Positions 19,042 through 28,424 of a stretch of DNA of 64,000 nt are shown here, in pieces. The stretch spans positions 2,768 through 66,767 of the forward strand of contig JAMLHW010000019.1 in NCBI GenBank assembly GCA_023954475.1, written 5' to 3'. Position 1 is the stretch's first letter, and each line of letters starts with the position of its first letter. Both the position numbers and the translations under genes were made by a program. The notes under the pieces are model-generated. The model saw nothing but the letters and a program-made list of their open reading frames with translations, made no database searches and was not told where the DNA came from. This DNA comes from Anaerolineae bacterium (GTDB lineage: Bacteria > Chloroflexota > Anaerolineae > Promineifilales > Promineifilaceae).

Positions 19042-19157
19042 AATCACCAACTGGCTCAAAACCGTGCTACAGTGTTGATTATTAAGCCAGTAGGGGGAAG
19101 GGGATTGGGGCATTGAAAGTTCGGCGTGGTGAATCATGCCAAACTCCTCCTAAGGTA

Positions 19158-19190
19158 GGGGCGTAGCTGTAGCTGCGCTCCTATTTTTTT
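19158..19190 (+). terminator. intrinsic-terminator-like hairpin plus T-run with no obvious upstream plus-strand gene
   Basis: GGGGCGTAGC-TGTA-GCTGCGCTCC (two G-T pairs) followed by TATTTTTTT. Confidence 0.4.
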
Positions 19191-19236
19191 GAAGAGGGGC
19201 TATGGTCGGCCGAAACGGCGTGTTTAACGCAAGATG

Positions 19237-19264
19237 TTCACAATCTTTGTCAATGTGTTATAGT
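19237..19264 (+). promoter_or_regulatory. candidate promoter TTCACA-16-TATAGT for the BTAD-kinase gene
   Basis: Hexamers read directly, 42 nt upstream of ATG 19306. Confidence 0.35.
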
Positions 19265-19305
19265 ACGTAGAGCGTCAACTCCTTCTGTGAATACAACTAT
19301 CCGGA

Positions 19306-22300
19306 ATGTCGAAAGGGGCGAGGCGAGGTTCCGTGCCAGGACTTCAGATGTCACTGATTGAAGCCACCTTGTTCGGCGACTTCGCACTTCAGATTGCCGA
19401 ACAAACGCATACACAATTCAGAACCAGTAAAGTGCAGGCGCTGCTCGCGTACCTGATTGTCGAGCGCGAGAACGCTGTACGGCGTGAACAACTGTACGAC
19501 TTGCTGTGGCCCGGCTTGCCGCTGCAATCGGCTCAGGTCAACCTGCGGCAGACACTGTATCAGGCGCGGAAGGTGCTGAGCGCAGCACACAAGACGCCGA
19601 TCGTGAGCGAACGGGGCATGTTGCAGCTCAATCCGGAGCTGCCACTTTCGGCCGATGTGATCCGGTTTGACGCATTACTCAGAGCCAACGCCCAACACGA
19701 GCACGTCGATCTGCGCAGTTGCCAACTGTGCCGCGAGCGGCTCGAAGAGGCCGTCAGCCTCTACACAGGGCCGCTGCTGGCCAATGTCTATCTCTCAGAC
19801 AGCAATGAGTTTGAAGATTGGGCTGCCGGCAGACGCGCTGCATACGAACGCAGCTACTTCGATGCCCTGGCGACCTTGACCACGATCTACTTGCGCAATG
19901 GCCGCTACAGTGAAGCAGAAGCCGGTGCGCGTCGTCAACTCGAACAGGACAATTTGCGCGAAGTCGCCTACCAGCAGTTGATGGAAGCGTTGGCACGCAG
20001 CGGGCAACGCGAAGCGGCATTGGCCATGTACGATGAATGCCGTTCGCTACTTTACGAAGAACTGGGCATGTCCCCGTCGCGCTACACCACGCGCCTGGCT
20101 GAGCGCATTGCGTCCGGAGAAGTCGATCTCGCTCCCGTACAGACGCCCGATGTGCGCGGCTACGAATTGCTGGAGAAAGTCGGTAGCGGCGCGTTCGGCG
20201 TCGTTCATCGCGCTTATCAAGCACTAATCGGGCGCGAAGTGGCGATCAAGATCATTCAACCGGAATACGCCAATCGGCCGAATTTCATCCGGCGCTTTGA
20301 GGTTGAAGCACAGACCATTGCCCGACTGGAACACCCGTACATCGTGCCGCTCTACGACTACTGGCGCGAACCGGACGGCGCGTTCCTGGTGATGCGCTAC
20401 ATGCGCGGCGGCAATCTGGCGACGGCCATCAACCGGCGCGGCGCGTGGGAGCCGGCAGCCGTGTTGCAACTGGTCGACCAACTCGGGTCGGCATTGGCAA
20501 CGGCCCACGAGCAGGGCATCGTCCATCGCGACCTCAAACCGGCCAACATCCTACTCGATGAAGCCGGCAACGTCTACCTCTCCGACTTTGGCATTGCCCG
20601 TCACATTATCGCGGAAGAAATGGGCCAGGATGCCGGCGATAGTGCTGTTTTGACCAGTTCACCTTACTACACCTCGCCCGAACAATTGCGCGGCGATCCG
20701 GTGACTTTGCGCAGCGACATCTACACGTTCGGCTTCCTATTATTCGAGTTGTTCACAGGCCGCAAACCATTTGAGACCGCCTCGCTGGGCCAGGTCTTGC
20801 AGCAACACCTGCATGGGTCGCTGCCCTCGGCGCATGCGCTCAATGCGGACCTGCCGGTGGCGCTTGACGCCGTGTTGCAGCAGGCCACAGCGACAGACCC
20901 GGATGCACGTTTTAGTGCCGTCAGTGACCTGGCTGAGTCGCTGTATGCGGCACTGAACGGCACGGTCGCACCGCCACCACCGGCATTGATCGCTCAAATT
21001 GAAGGCAATCCGTACAAAGGTTTGCGAGCGTTTCAGGAGTCAGATGCGGAGACGTTTTTCGGCCGAACTGCCCTCACCAACCAACTGCTCGACCAACTTG
21101 CCGATGCCAACTTCCTTGCCGTCGTCGGTCCCAGCGGCAGCGGCAAATCGAGCGTCGTCAAAGCCGGTTTGCTCCCGGCTCTGCGCAGCGGTGCAATCGA
21201 CGGGGCTGACGCATGGTTCATCACCGAAATGGTGCCCGGCACCCGCCCGTTGGAAGAGCTGGAAGCCGCCCTGATGCGCGTAGCCGTCAATCCTCCGGCG
21301 AGCTTGATTGAACCACTCGAAAAGGACGAACGTGGCCTGGTGCGCATCCTGAAACGCATTCTGCCGCCGGAAAGCAACGCTGGACGCGCAGCCACCCTGC
21401 TTCTCGTCATCGACCAATTCGAAGAACTGTTTACGCTGGTCAGTGAGCAGGCACGGCAGCACTTTCTCGACAATCTGCTCACCGCGCTCAACGAACCGCG
21501 TTGTCAATTACACGTCGTCATCACACTGCGTGCTGACTTCTACGACCGTCCGTTACAGCTACCGAAGCTGGCCGAATACATTAAAACCAACACCGTTGTG
21601 ATCACACCGCTGACCGGTGCCGAATTGCAAGAAACCATCGTGCGCCCGGCTGCACTTGCAGGCACGCGCTTTGAAGACGGGCTGGTGGCCGACATCATTG
21701 ACGATGTCCACGACCAGCCGGGCATGTTGCCGCTGTTGCAATACGCCCTGACTGAACTGTTTGAACAGCATCAAGACGACATGATGACCAAAGCGGCGTA
21801 CGCTGCACTGGGCGGCATCGAGGGTGTTCTCGGCATACGGGCCGAAACACTCTACGCCGACCTGTCCGAAAGCGAACAGATGCTGACACGGCAACTGTTT
21901 TTGCGCCTGGTGACGCTTGGTGAAGGTGTCGAGGATACCCGCCGCCGCGTTCTGCAGTCTGAACTGGAAGCCATCGCAGTAGACGACGCCCTTCATCCTT
22001 CAGCCCGCATCCTTCAGCCTTTCGGCGCTGCCCGTCTGTTGTCATTTGACCACGATCCAGCGACCCGCACCCCCACTGTCGAGGTGGCGCATGAAGCATT
22101 GCTGCACGAGTGGCCACGCCTGCGCCAATGGCTTGACGAAAGCCGCGCCGATGTGCGCTTGCAGCGCCTGCTCGCCGTGGCAGCGGCTGAGTGGCGACAA
22201 GCTGACCAGGACGATGGCTATTTGCTGCGCGGTTCGCGATTGGAGCAGTTTGAAGGGTGGTCGGAGTCAGCGATGGTAGCCCTCACTGCTGATGAGCGCA

Positions 22301-22758
22301 CCTTCCTGGCGGCTAGTGGCGAGGCACGTCGCCGGCGGCAGGCGGCAGAAGAGGCGCGTCGCCAAAGCGAATTGGAGACAGCTCAACAATTGGCTGAAGA
22401 ACAACTTCGACGTGCCGAGATTCAGACTCGTTCGGTTAAACTTTTACGTTACCTTGTATCCGGATTGAATGTGCTTGCAATACTAGCCATTGCTGCTGCC
22501 TGGTTGGCTATAAATAGTCAACAGAAGACGCAGGTAGAGGTTGAAGCACGCAGTACAGCTCAGGCAGAAGCAGTTGCCGAAGCAAATGCCAAGAGCACGG
22601 CTCAAGTCGAGAGCGAGCGCAGCGCCAATCTCGCCGCAACCAGAGAAGTCGAAGCTCTCGAACAGGCGGCCATTGCTGCCATACGCGCGAAGCAGAAATC
22701 CATACCGAATCTGAAATCAGGGCAACAGCGGAGGCTATTGCTATTGAAGAGAGGGTGA
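19306..22758 (+). CDS. SARP/BTAD wHTH, Ser/Thr protein kinase, nSTAND P-loop NTPase, TM helix and coiled coil (N-terminal 1150 aa of a frameshifted giant gene)
   Basis: wHTH+BTAD (LYDLLWPGLPLQSAQVNLRQTLYQARK); kinase (HRDLKPANILL, SDFG, YTSPEQ); GNPYKGLRAFQESDAETFFGR plus Walker A VVGPSGSGKSS; TM LVSGLNVLAILAIAAAWLAI. The alternative start ATG 19348 (MSLIEATLFGDF) aligns with the paralog start. Confidence 0.85.
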   Translation: MSKGARRGSVPGLQMSLIEATLFGDFALQIAEQTHTQFRTSKVQALLAYLIVERENAVRREQLYDLLWPGLPLQSAQVNLRQTLYQARKVLSAAHKTPIVSERGMLQLNPELPLSADVIRFDALLRANAQHEHVDLRSCQLCRERLEEAVSLYTGPLLANVYLSDSNEFEDWAAGRRAAYERSYFDALATLTTIYLRNGRYSEAEAGARRQLEQDNLREVAYQQLMEALARSGQREAALAMYDECRSLLYEELGMSPSRYTTRLAERIASGEVDLAPVQTPDVRGYELLEKVGSGAFGVVHRAYQALIGREVAIKIIQPEYANRPNFIRRFEVEAQTIARLEHPYIVPLYDYWREPDGAFLVMRYMRGGNLATAINRRGAWEPAAVLQLVDQLGSALATAHEQGIVHRDLKPANILLDEAGNVYLSDFGIARHIIAEEMGQDAGDSAVLTSSPYYTSPEQLRGDPVTLRSDIYTFGFLLFELFTGRKPFETASLGQVLQQHLHGSLPSAHALNADLPVALDAVLQQATATDPDARFSAVSDLAESLYAALNGTVAPPPPALIAQIEGNPYKGLRAFQESDAETFFGRTALTNQLLDQLADANFLAVVGPSGSGKSSVVKAGLLPALRSGAIDGADAWFITEMVPGTRPLEELEAALMRVAVNPPASLIEPLEKDERGLVRILKRILPPESNAGRAATLLLVIDQFEELFTLVSEQARQHFLDNLLTALNEPRCQLHVVITLRADFYDRPLQLPKLAEYIKTNTVVITPLTGAELQETIVRPAALAGTRFEDGLVADIIDDVHDQPGMLPLLQYALTELFEQHQDDMMTKAAYAALGGIEGVLGIRAETLYADLSESEQMLTRQLFLRLVTLGEGVEDTRRRVLQSELEAIAVDDALHPSARILQPFGAARLLSFDHDPATRTPTVEVAHEALLHEWPRLRQWLDESRADVRLQRLLAVAAAEWRQADQDDGYLLRGSRLEQFEGWSESAMVALTADERTFLAASGEARRRRQAAEEARRQSELETAQQLAEEQLRRAEIQTRSVKLLRYLVSGLNVLAILAIAAAWLAINSQQKTQVEVEARSTAQAEAVAEANAKSTAQVESERSANLAATREVEALEQAAIAAIRAKQKSIPNLKSGQQRRLLLLKRG

Positions 22759-23456
22759 ATGCTGAAAGCCAGTTCAAACTGGCTCGCTCGCGCGAACTGG
22801 CCGGCCTGGCCAAAGAAGCGTTGGAAACTGACCCAGAACTAGCTATGCTATTGGCCTCAGAAGCTTTGTCGACAGCCTATACGGCCGAGGCAGAAAGCTT
22901 GCTGCATCAGGCAGTACTCGCGTCGCGGGTTCGACAGCGATTGGCCACTGGTGAGTCCAACGTTTGGGTAGGTCCCGTTGTTCCTAGTCCCGACGGGAAA
23001 TACGTCGCTGGCTTGGGGAATTCAGTTCATGTATGGTCAACTGAAAGTGGTGAGAGGCTCTTCCAAGTCGAACCAAAGCCATATGTCATCTCTTTTGTAG
23101 ATCATTTTTCCTTTAATTCCGATAGCAATCGTCTGGTAACGTCAGGACCTGAGGAAAATGTTACGTTGTCGTTCTGGAAAGTTCCTTCCGGTGAACTCGA
23201 CACAAAACTTGAGTTGCCGTTGCCGAGTGAAGACGTGTCGCAATTCGTACTAAGTCCAGATTGGAGCAGGATTGCCATAGGCTATCTTGACGGGACAGCT
23301 AGCCTATGGTCGACTGACACCGGTGAAAAAATAGCCGACCTAAACGGACACATTAGTCGGGTAGGTGTGGCGTTCAGCCGTGATAGCCAACGCCTGTCGT
23401 CTGTGGACGAGCAAACAGCGAAAGTGTGGATGCCGCCACGGGTGAAGAACAATTGA
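22755..23456 (+). pseudogene. WD40 fragment 1 of the same gene (frame shifted relative to 19306-22758)
   Basis: ARSRELAGLAKEALETDPELAMLLASEAL linker followed by degenerate WD40 blades. The open frame extends upstream of 22755 to about 22683 (EAEIHTESEIRATAEAIAIEERV), so the frame change lies near 22680-22690. Confidence 0.7.
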
Positions 23457-24940
23457 GTTTCCCACACAGTGGTTGGCCTTTATCCTCTGCAACTACGGCA
23501 CTTAGCCCCGATGGCAATCTGTTGGCAATCGTCGTCAATACCAGAGAGATTGGCATTTGGGATTTGGAGGCCGTTAGTAATAATCCCACAGACCCGGCTC
23601 GACTGACTACGCTTACGGGGGGGCATACGTTAGTTCCCCTGGGTATGAACTTCAGCGCTGATGGCACGAAACTGGTGAGTGGCTCTCGCGATCAGACAGC
23701 CCGGATTTGGGATCCGATTACGGGTGAAGAGTTGTTGGTATTACCGGGTGGCACGAGCAATGTACTCACTGCTGACTTCAGTTCGGATTACGACACAGAT
23801 TCTGACGGAAGCCAGGATGGCACAGTCAAACTCTGGGATATCACATCGAGTGGAGCTGAACAGCTAGACAGTGTTCCGCTCGTGCCTGATGCGGGTGCAA
23901 TTGCTCTGAACCCTGAAGAGACTCATCTAGCTGTTGAGACAGGTGATGGCAAGGTCCTCATATGGGACTTACGCTCGAAGCAAATATTATTGACAATCGA
24001 AGGACATATGGAAGGCATTCGGGATATTGAATACAGTCCAGATGGGAGAAAGATCGTTACATCGAGTCCGGATCGAACTGCCATTATCTGGAATGCCACG
24101 AGCGGCGAGCCATTACTGACACTGGAAGGACACGGAGAAAGAATATCGGGATTTACATGGCAGGGGATCGTCGGCGTTGACTATTCCTCGGACGGGAGAA
24201 AACTGGCTACGGCTGGACGCGACGGTACAGCTCGTATTTGGGATGGTGAGACAGGAACAGAGCTTCTCAAACTGGAACATGCATCTGCTTTATTCGATGT
24301 CAAGTTCAGCCCCGACGACAGGCTGGTAAATGGCCAGCGACGAGCCAGATGCAACACTCGTGCTAGGACGCTGTCACCGGTGAGAAGCTATTTACTTTGC
24401 CCCAAGTTCATGGCGATTCGCATTTGGATGGTGGATTTCAATCCTGACGGAACACGAATGGCGACGAGCGGCGGCGATGGGACGATCAAAATTTGGCAGG
24501 TTGATGCTGCTAAGATGCAGGTTGATTTGTTAGCTACTTTGCTCGGTCACACAGGTTCAGCGTTTGGTGTTGTATTTAGCCCTGATGGACAAACACTTGC
24601 TTCCAACAGTACACAATTGAAGTTGTGGGATGTTTCTGTGTTACCAGCAGTTAATCAAGACGATCCATTGGCAACGACGTTGACAACGCCCAGATTTACG
24701 CTTCCTATCGTAGGACTGGGTAGTTATCTGTTTACAGGAGATAGCAGTAAGCTAATTTATACATTCCCAACCTGGAACGAAGAGCAATATGTGGCCCGCT
24801 CCTTGACGCTATCTATCGACGAATTGATGAGCCTGGCGCAAGCGCGATTGACGCGTTCGTTCACCGAGGAGGAGTGTCTGCTATATCGAATTGAGAATTG
24901 CTGGTGTTTCAGATGGTTGAGGGCGATTGAATGGATATAG
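23426..24940 (+). pseudogene. WD40 fragment 2 of the same gene
   Basis: TAKVW|DAATGEE is split by a missing base at about 23429 (TGG GAT read as TGGAT). About 10 WD40 blades follow (GTVKLWD, TARIWD, TIKIWQ). Three further compensating 1-nt shifts lie within 24320-24420. Confidence 0.7.
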
Positions 24941-26079
24941 TGGTTCAGTTGTTTGGCGAATTCGTAATCCGGATCGATAGAATTACGTATAACAAATTCC
25001 GCACGACAAAAGTGCAGGCGTTGCTGGCTTTCCTCATCGTCGAATACGCGCATCCTGTACGGCGTGAGCAACTGTACGACTTGCTGTGGCCTGGCTTGCC
25101 GCTGCAATCGGCGCAGGTCAACCTGCGACAGACGCTGTATCAGGCGCGGAAGGTGCTGAGCAAGGCGCATGAAGCGCCCATTGTCAGCGAACGGGGGATG
25201 TTGCAGCTCAATCCGGAGTTGCCGCTTTCGGCCGATATACACCACTTCGATCAAAACCTCCTCGAAAATGCCGATCACGATCATTTCGATCTCGTGACAT
25301 GCCGACCGTGTCAGCAGCGATTGGCGCAAGCCGTCGATCTGTATGCCGGCCCCCTGTTAGCCAACGTCTACCTCGACGACAGCGATGTCTTTGAAGAATG
25401 GATCCGCAACCACCGAACGGCTTACGAGCGCGATCAATTAGAAGCCCTGACCACGTTGACCACGATCTACTTGCACAGCGGACAATACCAGGCCGCAGAA
25501 GCCGCTGCCCTGCGCCAGTTGTCGTATGACAATTTGCGTGAGGAAGCCCATCAGCAACTGATGGAAGCGCTGGTGTTGAGCGGACGCCGCACGCAAGCTT
25601 TGCGCCAGTACGATGTGTGCCGCCATCTGTTACAGGATGAACTCGGCATTTTGCCGTCTACGGCGATAGAGGAATTGAACGAAGCGATCCGCAGCAGCGT
25701 CTATCAAGGTGTGGCGGTCGGTCGCGTGACACCTGTCACGATCGATCCGGAATCAGCAAGCAAACTACCCCATCACAATCTGCCTGCGCAGGCGACGCCG
25801 TTTATCGGCCGAATCAAAGAACTGATGGCATTAGACACCCTGCTGGGCCAATCGCGAATCGTCTCGATTGTCGGTTTGGGAGGCATGGGTAAAACGCGTC
25901 TGGCACTTGCCTGTGCTGCGCGACAATTGGCGCTTGCCAACCAGGCGGACGCGCGCTTCAGCGATGGTGTGTTCTTCGCCGCACTGGTCGCCGTCGATAA
26001 TCCGGAGCACATCGCCGCCGTTATTGCAGAAGCTGTGGGCTTCCAGTTTCAAGGTGATGCGTCGCGTTCGGAAATGTAA
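24931..26079 (+). CDS. SARP/BTAD wHTH plus start of NB-ARC/AAA ATPase (paralog of 19306; truncated by an in-frame TAA)
   Basis: wHTH+BTAD is highly similar to 19306 and carries the P-loop VGLGGMGKTRLA. TAA at 26077-26079 is followed in the same frame by QLLDYLANKQMLIVLDNFE (Walker B). Confidence 0.8.
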   Translation: MDIVVQLFGEFVIRIDRITYNKFRTTKVQALLAFLIVEYAHPVRREQLYDLLWPGLPLQSAQVNLRQTLYQARKVLSKAHEAPIVSERGMLQLNPELPLSADIHHFDQNLLENADHDHFDLVTCRPCQQRLAQAVDLYAGPLLANVYLDDSDVFEEWIRNHRTAYERDQLEALTTLTTIYLHSGQYQAAEAAALRQLSYDNLREEAHQQLMEALVLSGRRTQALRQYDVCRHLLQDELGILPSTAIEELNEAIRSSVYQGVAVGRVTPVTIDPESASKLPHHNLPAQATPFIGRIKELMALDTLLGQSRIVSIVGLGGMGKTRLALACAARQLALANQADARFSDGVFFAALVAVDNPEHIAAVIAEAVGFQFQGDASRSEM

Positions 26080-27160
26080 CAGCTTCTCGATTATCTCGCC
26101 AACAAACAGATGTTGATCGTGCTGGACAACTTTGAGCAGCTCATCGCCAGTGTCGGCATGCTCGAGGAGCTGATTCGGCTTGCACCGGGCGTGACACTCC
26201 TGGTGACGTCGCGCGAGAAGCTGCGCGCACGCGGCGAGCAGTTGTTTATGCTGGATGGGCTGGATAGCGACACTGGAAGGACTGAGCAGCTTTGTCGGGC
26301 AGACACCGGCAGGACAGTTATTTGTGCGATCAGCACGTCGCATTCGCCGTGATTTTGCACTCGACCAGCCCGAAGATGAGGCGTATTTACGCGAGGTTTG
26401 TCAGTTGGTCGGCGGCATGCCGCTGGCGCTGGAATTGTCGGCCGGTTGGGTTGATATGCTTTCGCTGGCAGATATCGTCGCCGAACTGCGTGCCGGCATC
26501 GACATTCTCGATTCCGATTTGGATACCGCTGAACAGCGGCAGGGCAGTATTCGCGCTTGTGTTTGATGCGACATTTGAGCGCCTGGATTCGGCCGAAAAG
26601 GAAATAATTGCCCAACTTCCATCTTTCGCGGCGGCTTCACCCGTAAAGCTGCCCACACAGTGACAGGCGCCTCCTTTCGCCAACTAGCCCAACTCAACAA
26701 CAAGTCGCTCATCAGCTATCGACGTCGTCTGGATCGGTACGAAATCCACGAATTGTGGCGCCAGTATGGTGCCGAACGGTTGCGCGCCGATGCTGCAAGT
26801 CAACACGCCGCCCGCGATCGACATAGTGCTTTCTACTGTCATTTCCTCGAACAGCACAGCGAGCAATGGCATACAAACGAACAGCTACAGACGCTGGCGG
26901 CTGTCACCCGCGATCTGGAAAACAGCAGACGCGCTTTGCGCTGGGCGCTGCAACAAGAAGATTGGCAACGCATTCTGGCGGCGATGGATAGCTGGGGTTG
27001 GTATCGCGAATGGCAAGGCAGTTCGGCCGAACAAACATCTTTTTTTCAGGCAGTGGTCGAACAAGCTGCGGCACGAGATGCGACTGAATCACCTTTACCT
27101 CCTGATTGCCTTCGTGTCTGGGCCAGAGCGGTGACCTGGATCGCATTGGTTAGAAGATGA
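26080..27160 (+). pseudogene. decayed middle part of the BTAD-NB-ARC-TPR gene (at least three or four frame changes)
   Basis: The homologous reading jumps between frames. 26110-26352 is in frame 1 (LIVLDNFE...VTSREKL). 26255-26566 is in frame 2 (GGMPLALELSAGWV). About 26560-26660 is in frame 3 (VFDATFERLDSAEKEII). 26660-27160 is back in frame 2. Confidence 0.65.
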
Positions 27161-27182
27161 TCTCGAAAAGGCGTCTGCGCGA

Positions 27183-28340
27183 ATGGAACACAGTCTTGCT
27201 CTTTTGACTCGGCCGGAACTGTTCAGACACGATGTACGTCGAGAGAAGGCATTTGCACGCTCGATCTATGCTAGGTTTCTGGTCTCAATGGATATTGAGG
27301 GAGCGCGTCGACTCTTTCAGCAACTACTCGATGAATATGAGGAGTTGGGGGATCCGTGGGGCATTGGCTGGAGTCTTTTCGGCGTAGCGCGAGTCGATTT
27401 CGATACGGGTCGTTTTGCATCAGCCCTGGAAGGTATGCAGGCCGTCGACCAGTTGTTTCAGGAACGAGGCGATCTGAGGCGCCAGGTTGACACGTCCAGC
27501 ATGCTGGGATTCATTCAAATGGATCTCGGTCAGTTGGATCTGGCTGAACAGCAGTTTCGCAAGGCATTGGGCCTCTGTGAGGAAATCAACTATCTGCGCG
27601 ATCTCAGTTGGGAACAAGCAAACCTGGCGCGCATGTTGTTGTGGCACGGCAATCGCGACGAAGCATATCAGATGGCTTACAGGAGTTTAGCCACAGCTCT
27701 CGAGTTCGGAAACAGGAATGATGAATCGAATGCCCATATGACGATTTGTGGCATCCTGATCTATTCAGGGCATTATGAACAAGCCGGCCAGATGTTAGCA
27801 GAAATCTCGGCGTATATGTGGGAAGACGACAATGCTTTTCATGCGTGGGTTTGTCATCTCAAGGGATTATTGGCTGTGACGCAATTGGCTTATGACGAGG
27901 CGCGATCCGCATTTGCGACGAGTGTCAGGGTCTGGCCATCCACCTATCCGCACCATTTCATTTCATCATCGACGGCGCTGGCTCTAACGATGTTGCGCTT
28001 GGGACAGGTTTCGGAAGCGAAACAGCAGTTGACTGACGTGTTGTCAAACGCGCTGACTCATCGGTCGATCGTACCTGCAGTGGCTGCGCTGCCGGTTGCT
28101 GCATTGGTGTTGGCTGAAGCCGGGGATATGGCGGGAGCAATTGAGCACTGGATGCTGGCGCAACGTTACCCCGTTATCGCCAATTCAAAGTGGTTTGCAG
28201 ATGTGATGGGTGAAGATGTCGCCAACTGGACTGCGGTACTCTCTCCGGAACGTGTTGCTGCAATGAGAGAAAGCGCAAAATCTCAACCGCTATGGGCTAC
28301 TGTTGAACGTATCCAAGATGTACTGTCAGACGAATTTTGA
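27183..28340 (+). CDS. TPR-repeat C-terminal module of the same decayed regulator
   Basis: 385 aa ORF of TPR-like helical repeats (EELGDPWGIGWSLFGVARV..., AEQQFRKALGLCEE...). It is in a different frame from 26660-27160. Confidence 0.7.
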   Translation: MEHSLALLTRPELFRHDVRREKAFARSIYARFLVSMDIEGARRLFQQLLDEYEELGDPWGIGWSLFGVARVDFDTGRFASALEGMQAVDQLFQERGDLRRQVDTSSMLGFIQMDLGQLDLAEQQFRKALGLCEEINYLRDLSWEQANLARMLLWHGNRDEAYQMAYRSLATALEFGNRNDESNAHMTICGILIYSGHYEQAGQMLAEISAYMWEDDNAFHAWVCHLKGLLAVTQLAYDEARSAFATSVRVWPSTYPHHFISSSTALALTMLRLGQVSEAKQQLTDVLSNALTHRSIVPAVAALPVAALVLAEAGDMAGAIEHWMLAQRYPVIANSKWFADVMGEDVANWTAVLSPERVAAMRESAKSQPLWATVERIQDVLSDEF

Positions 28341-28389
28341 ACTACAGTTTGCCGCTTGTTGCCATTCCATTGCGTCCCATGACAGTTTT

Positions 28390-28418
28390 TTGACTCGTAG
28401 CGCAAGAACGGCGACAAT
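28390..28418 (+). promoter_or_regulatory. promoter TTGACT-17-GACAAT ending 6 nt before ATG 28425 (leaderless arrangement)
   Basis: Read directly. No SD is present. The track start TTG 28419 lies between the -10 box and the ATG. Confidence 0.45.
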
Positions 28419-28424
28419 TTGCGC

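Noticed and set aside
18961-19137. 58-aa minus-strand ORF (MIHHAELSMPQ...VICSRFGRICSRW...PICSRPD) preceded by AGGAGGAG.
   Set aside because: Its sequence is dominated by translation of the GCGTGAACA direct repeats (the repeated ICSR), and it has no recognisable fold. It is more likely regulatory DNA. It is kept only as a remote leader-peptide possibility.
23421-23436. Programmed ribosomal frameshifting as an explanation for the WD40 frame changes.
   Set aside because: There is no slippery heptamer or downstream structure at 22680-22690, 23429 or 24320-24420. Five shifts in 1.7 kb, plus a nonsense codon and more shifts in the neighbouring gene, fit decay or error rather than recoding.
24757-25329. 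190-aa minus-strand ORF spanning the junction of the WD40 fragment and the second BTAD gene.
   Set aside because: It is antisense to two recognisable plus-strand coding regions and has no motifs.
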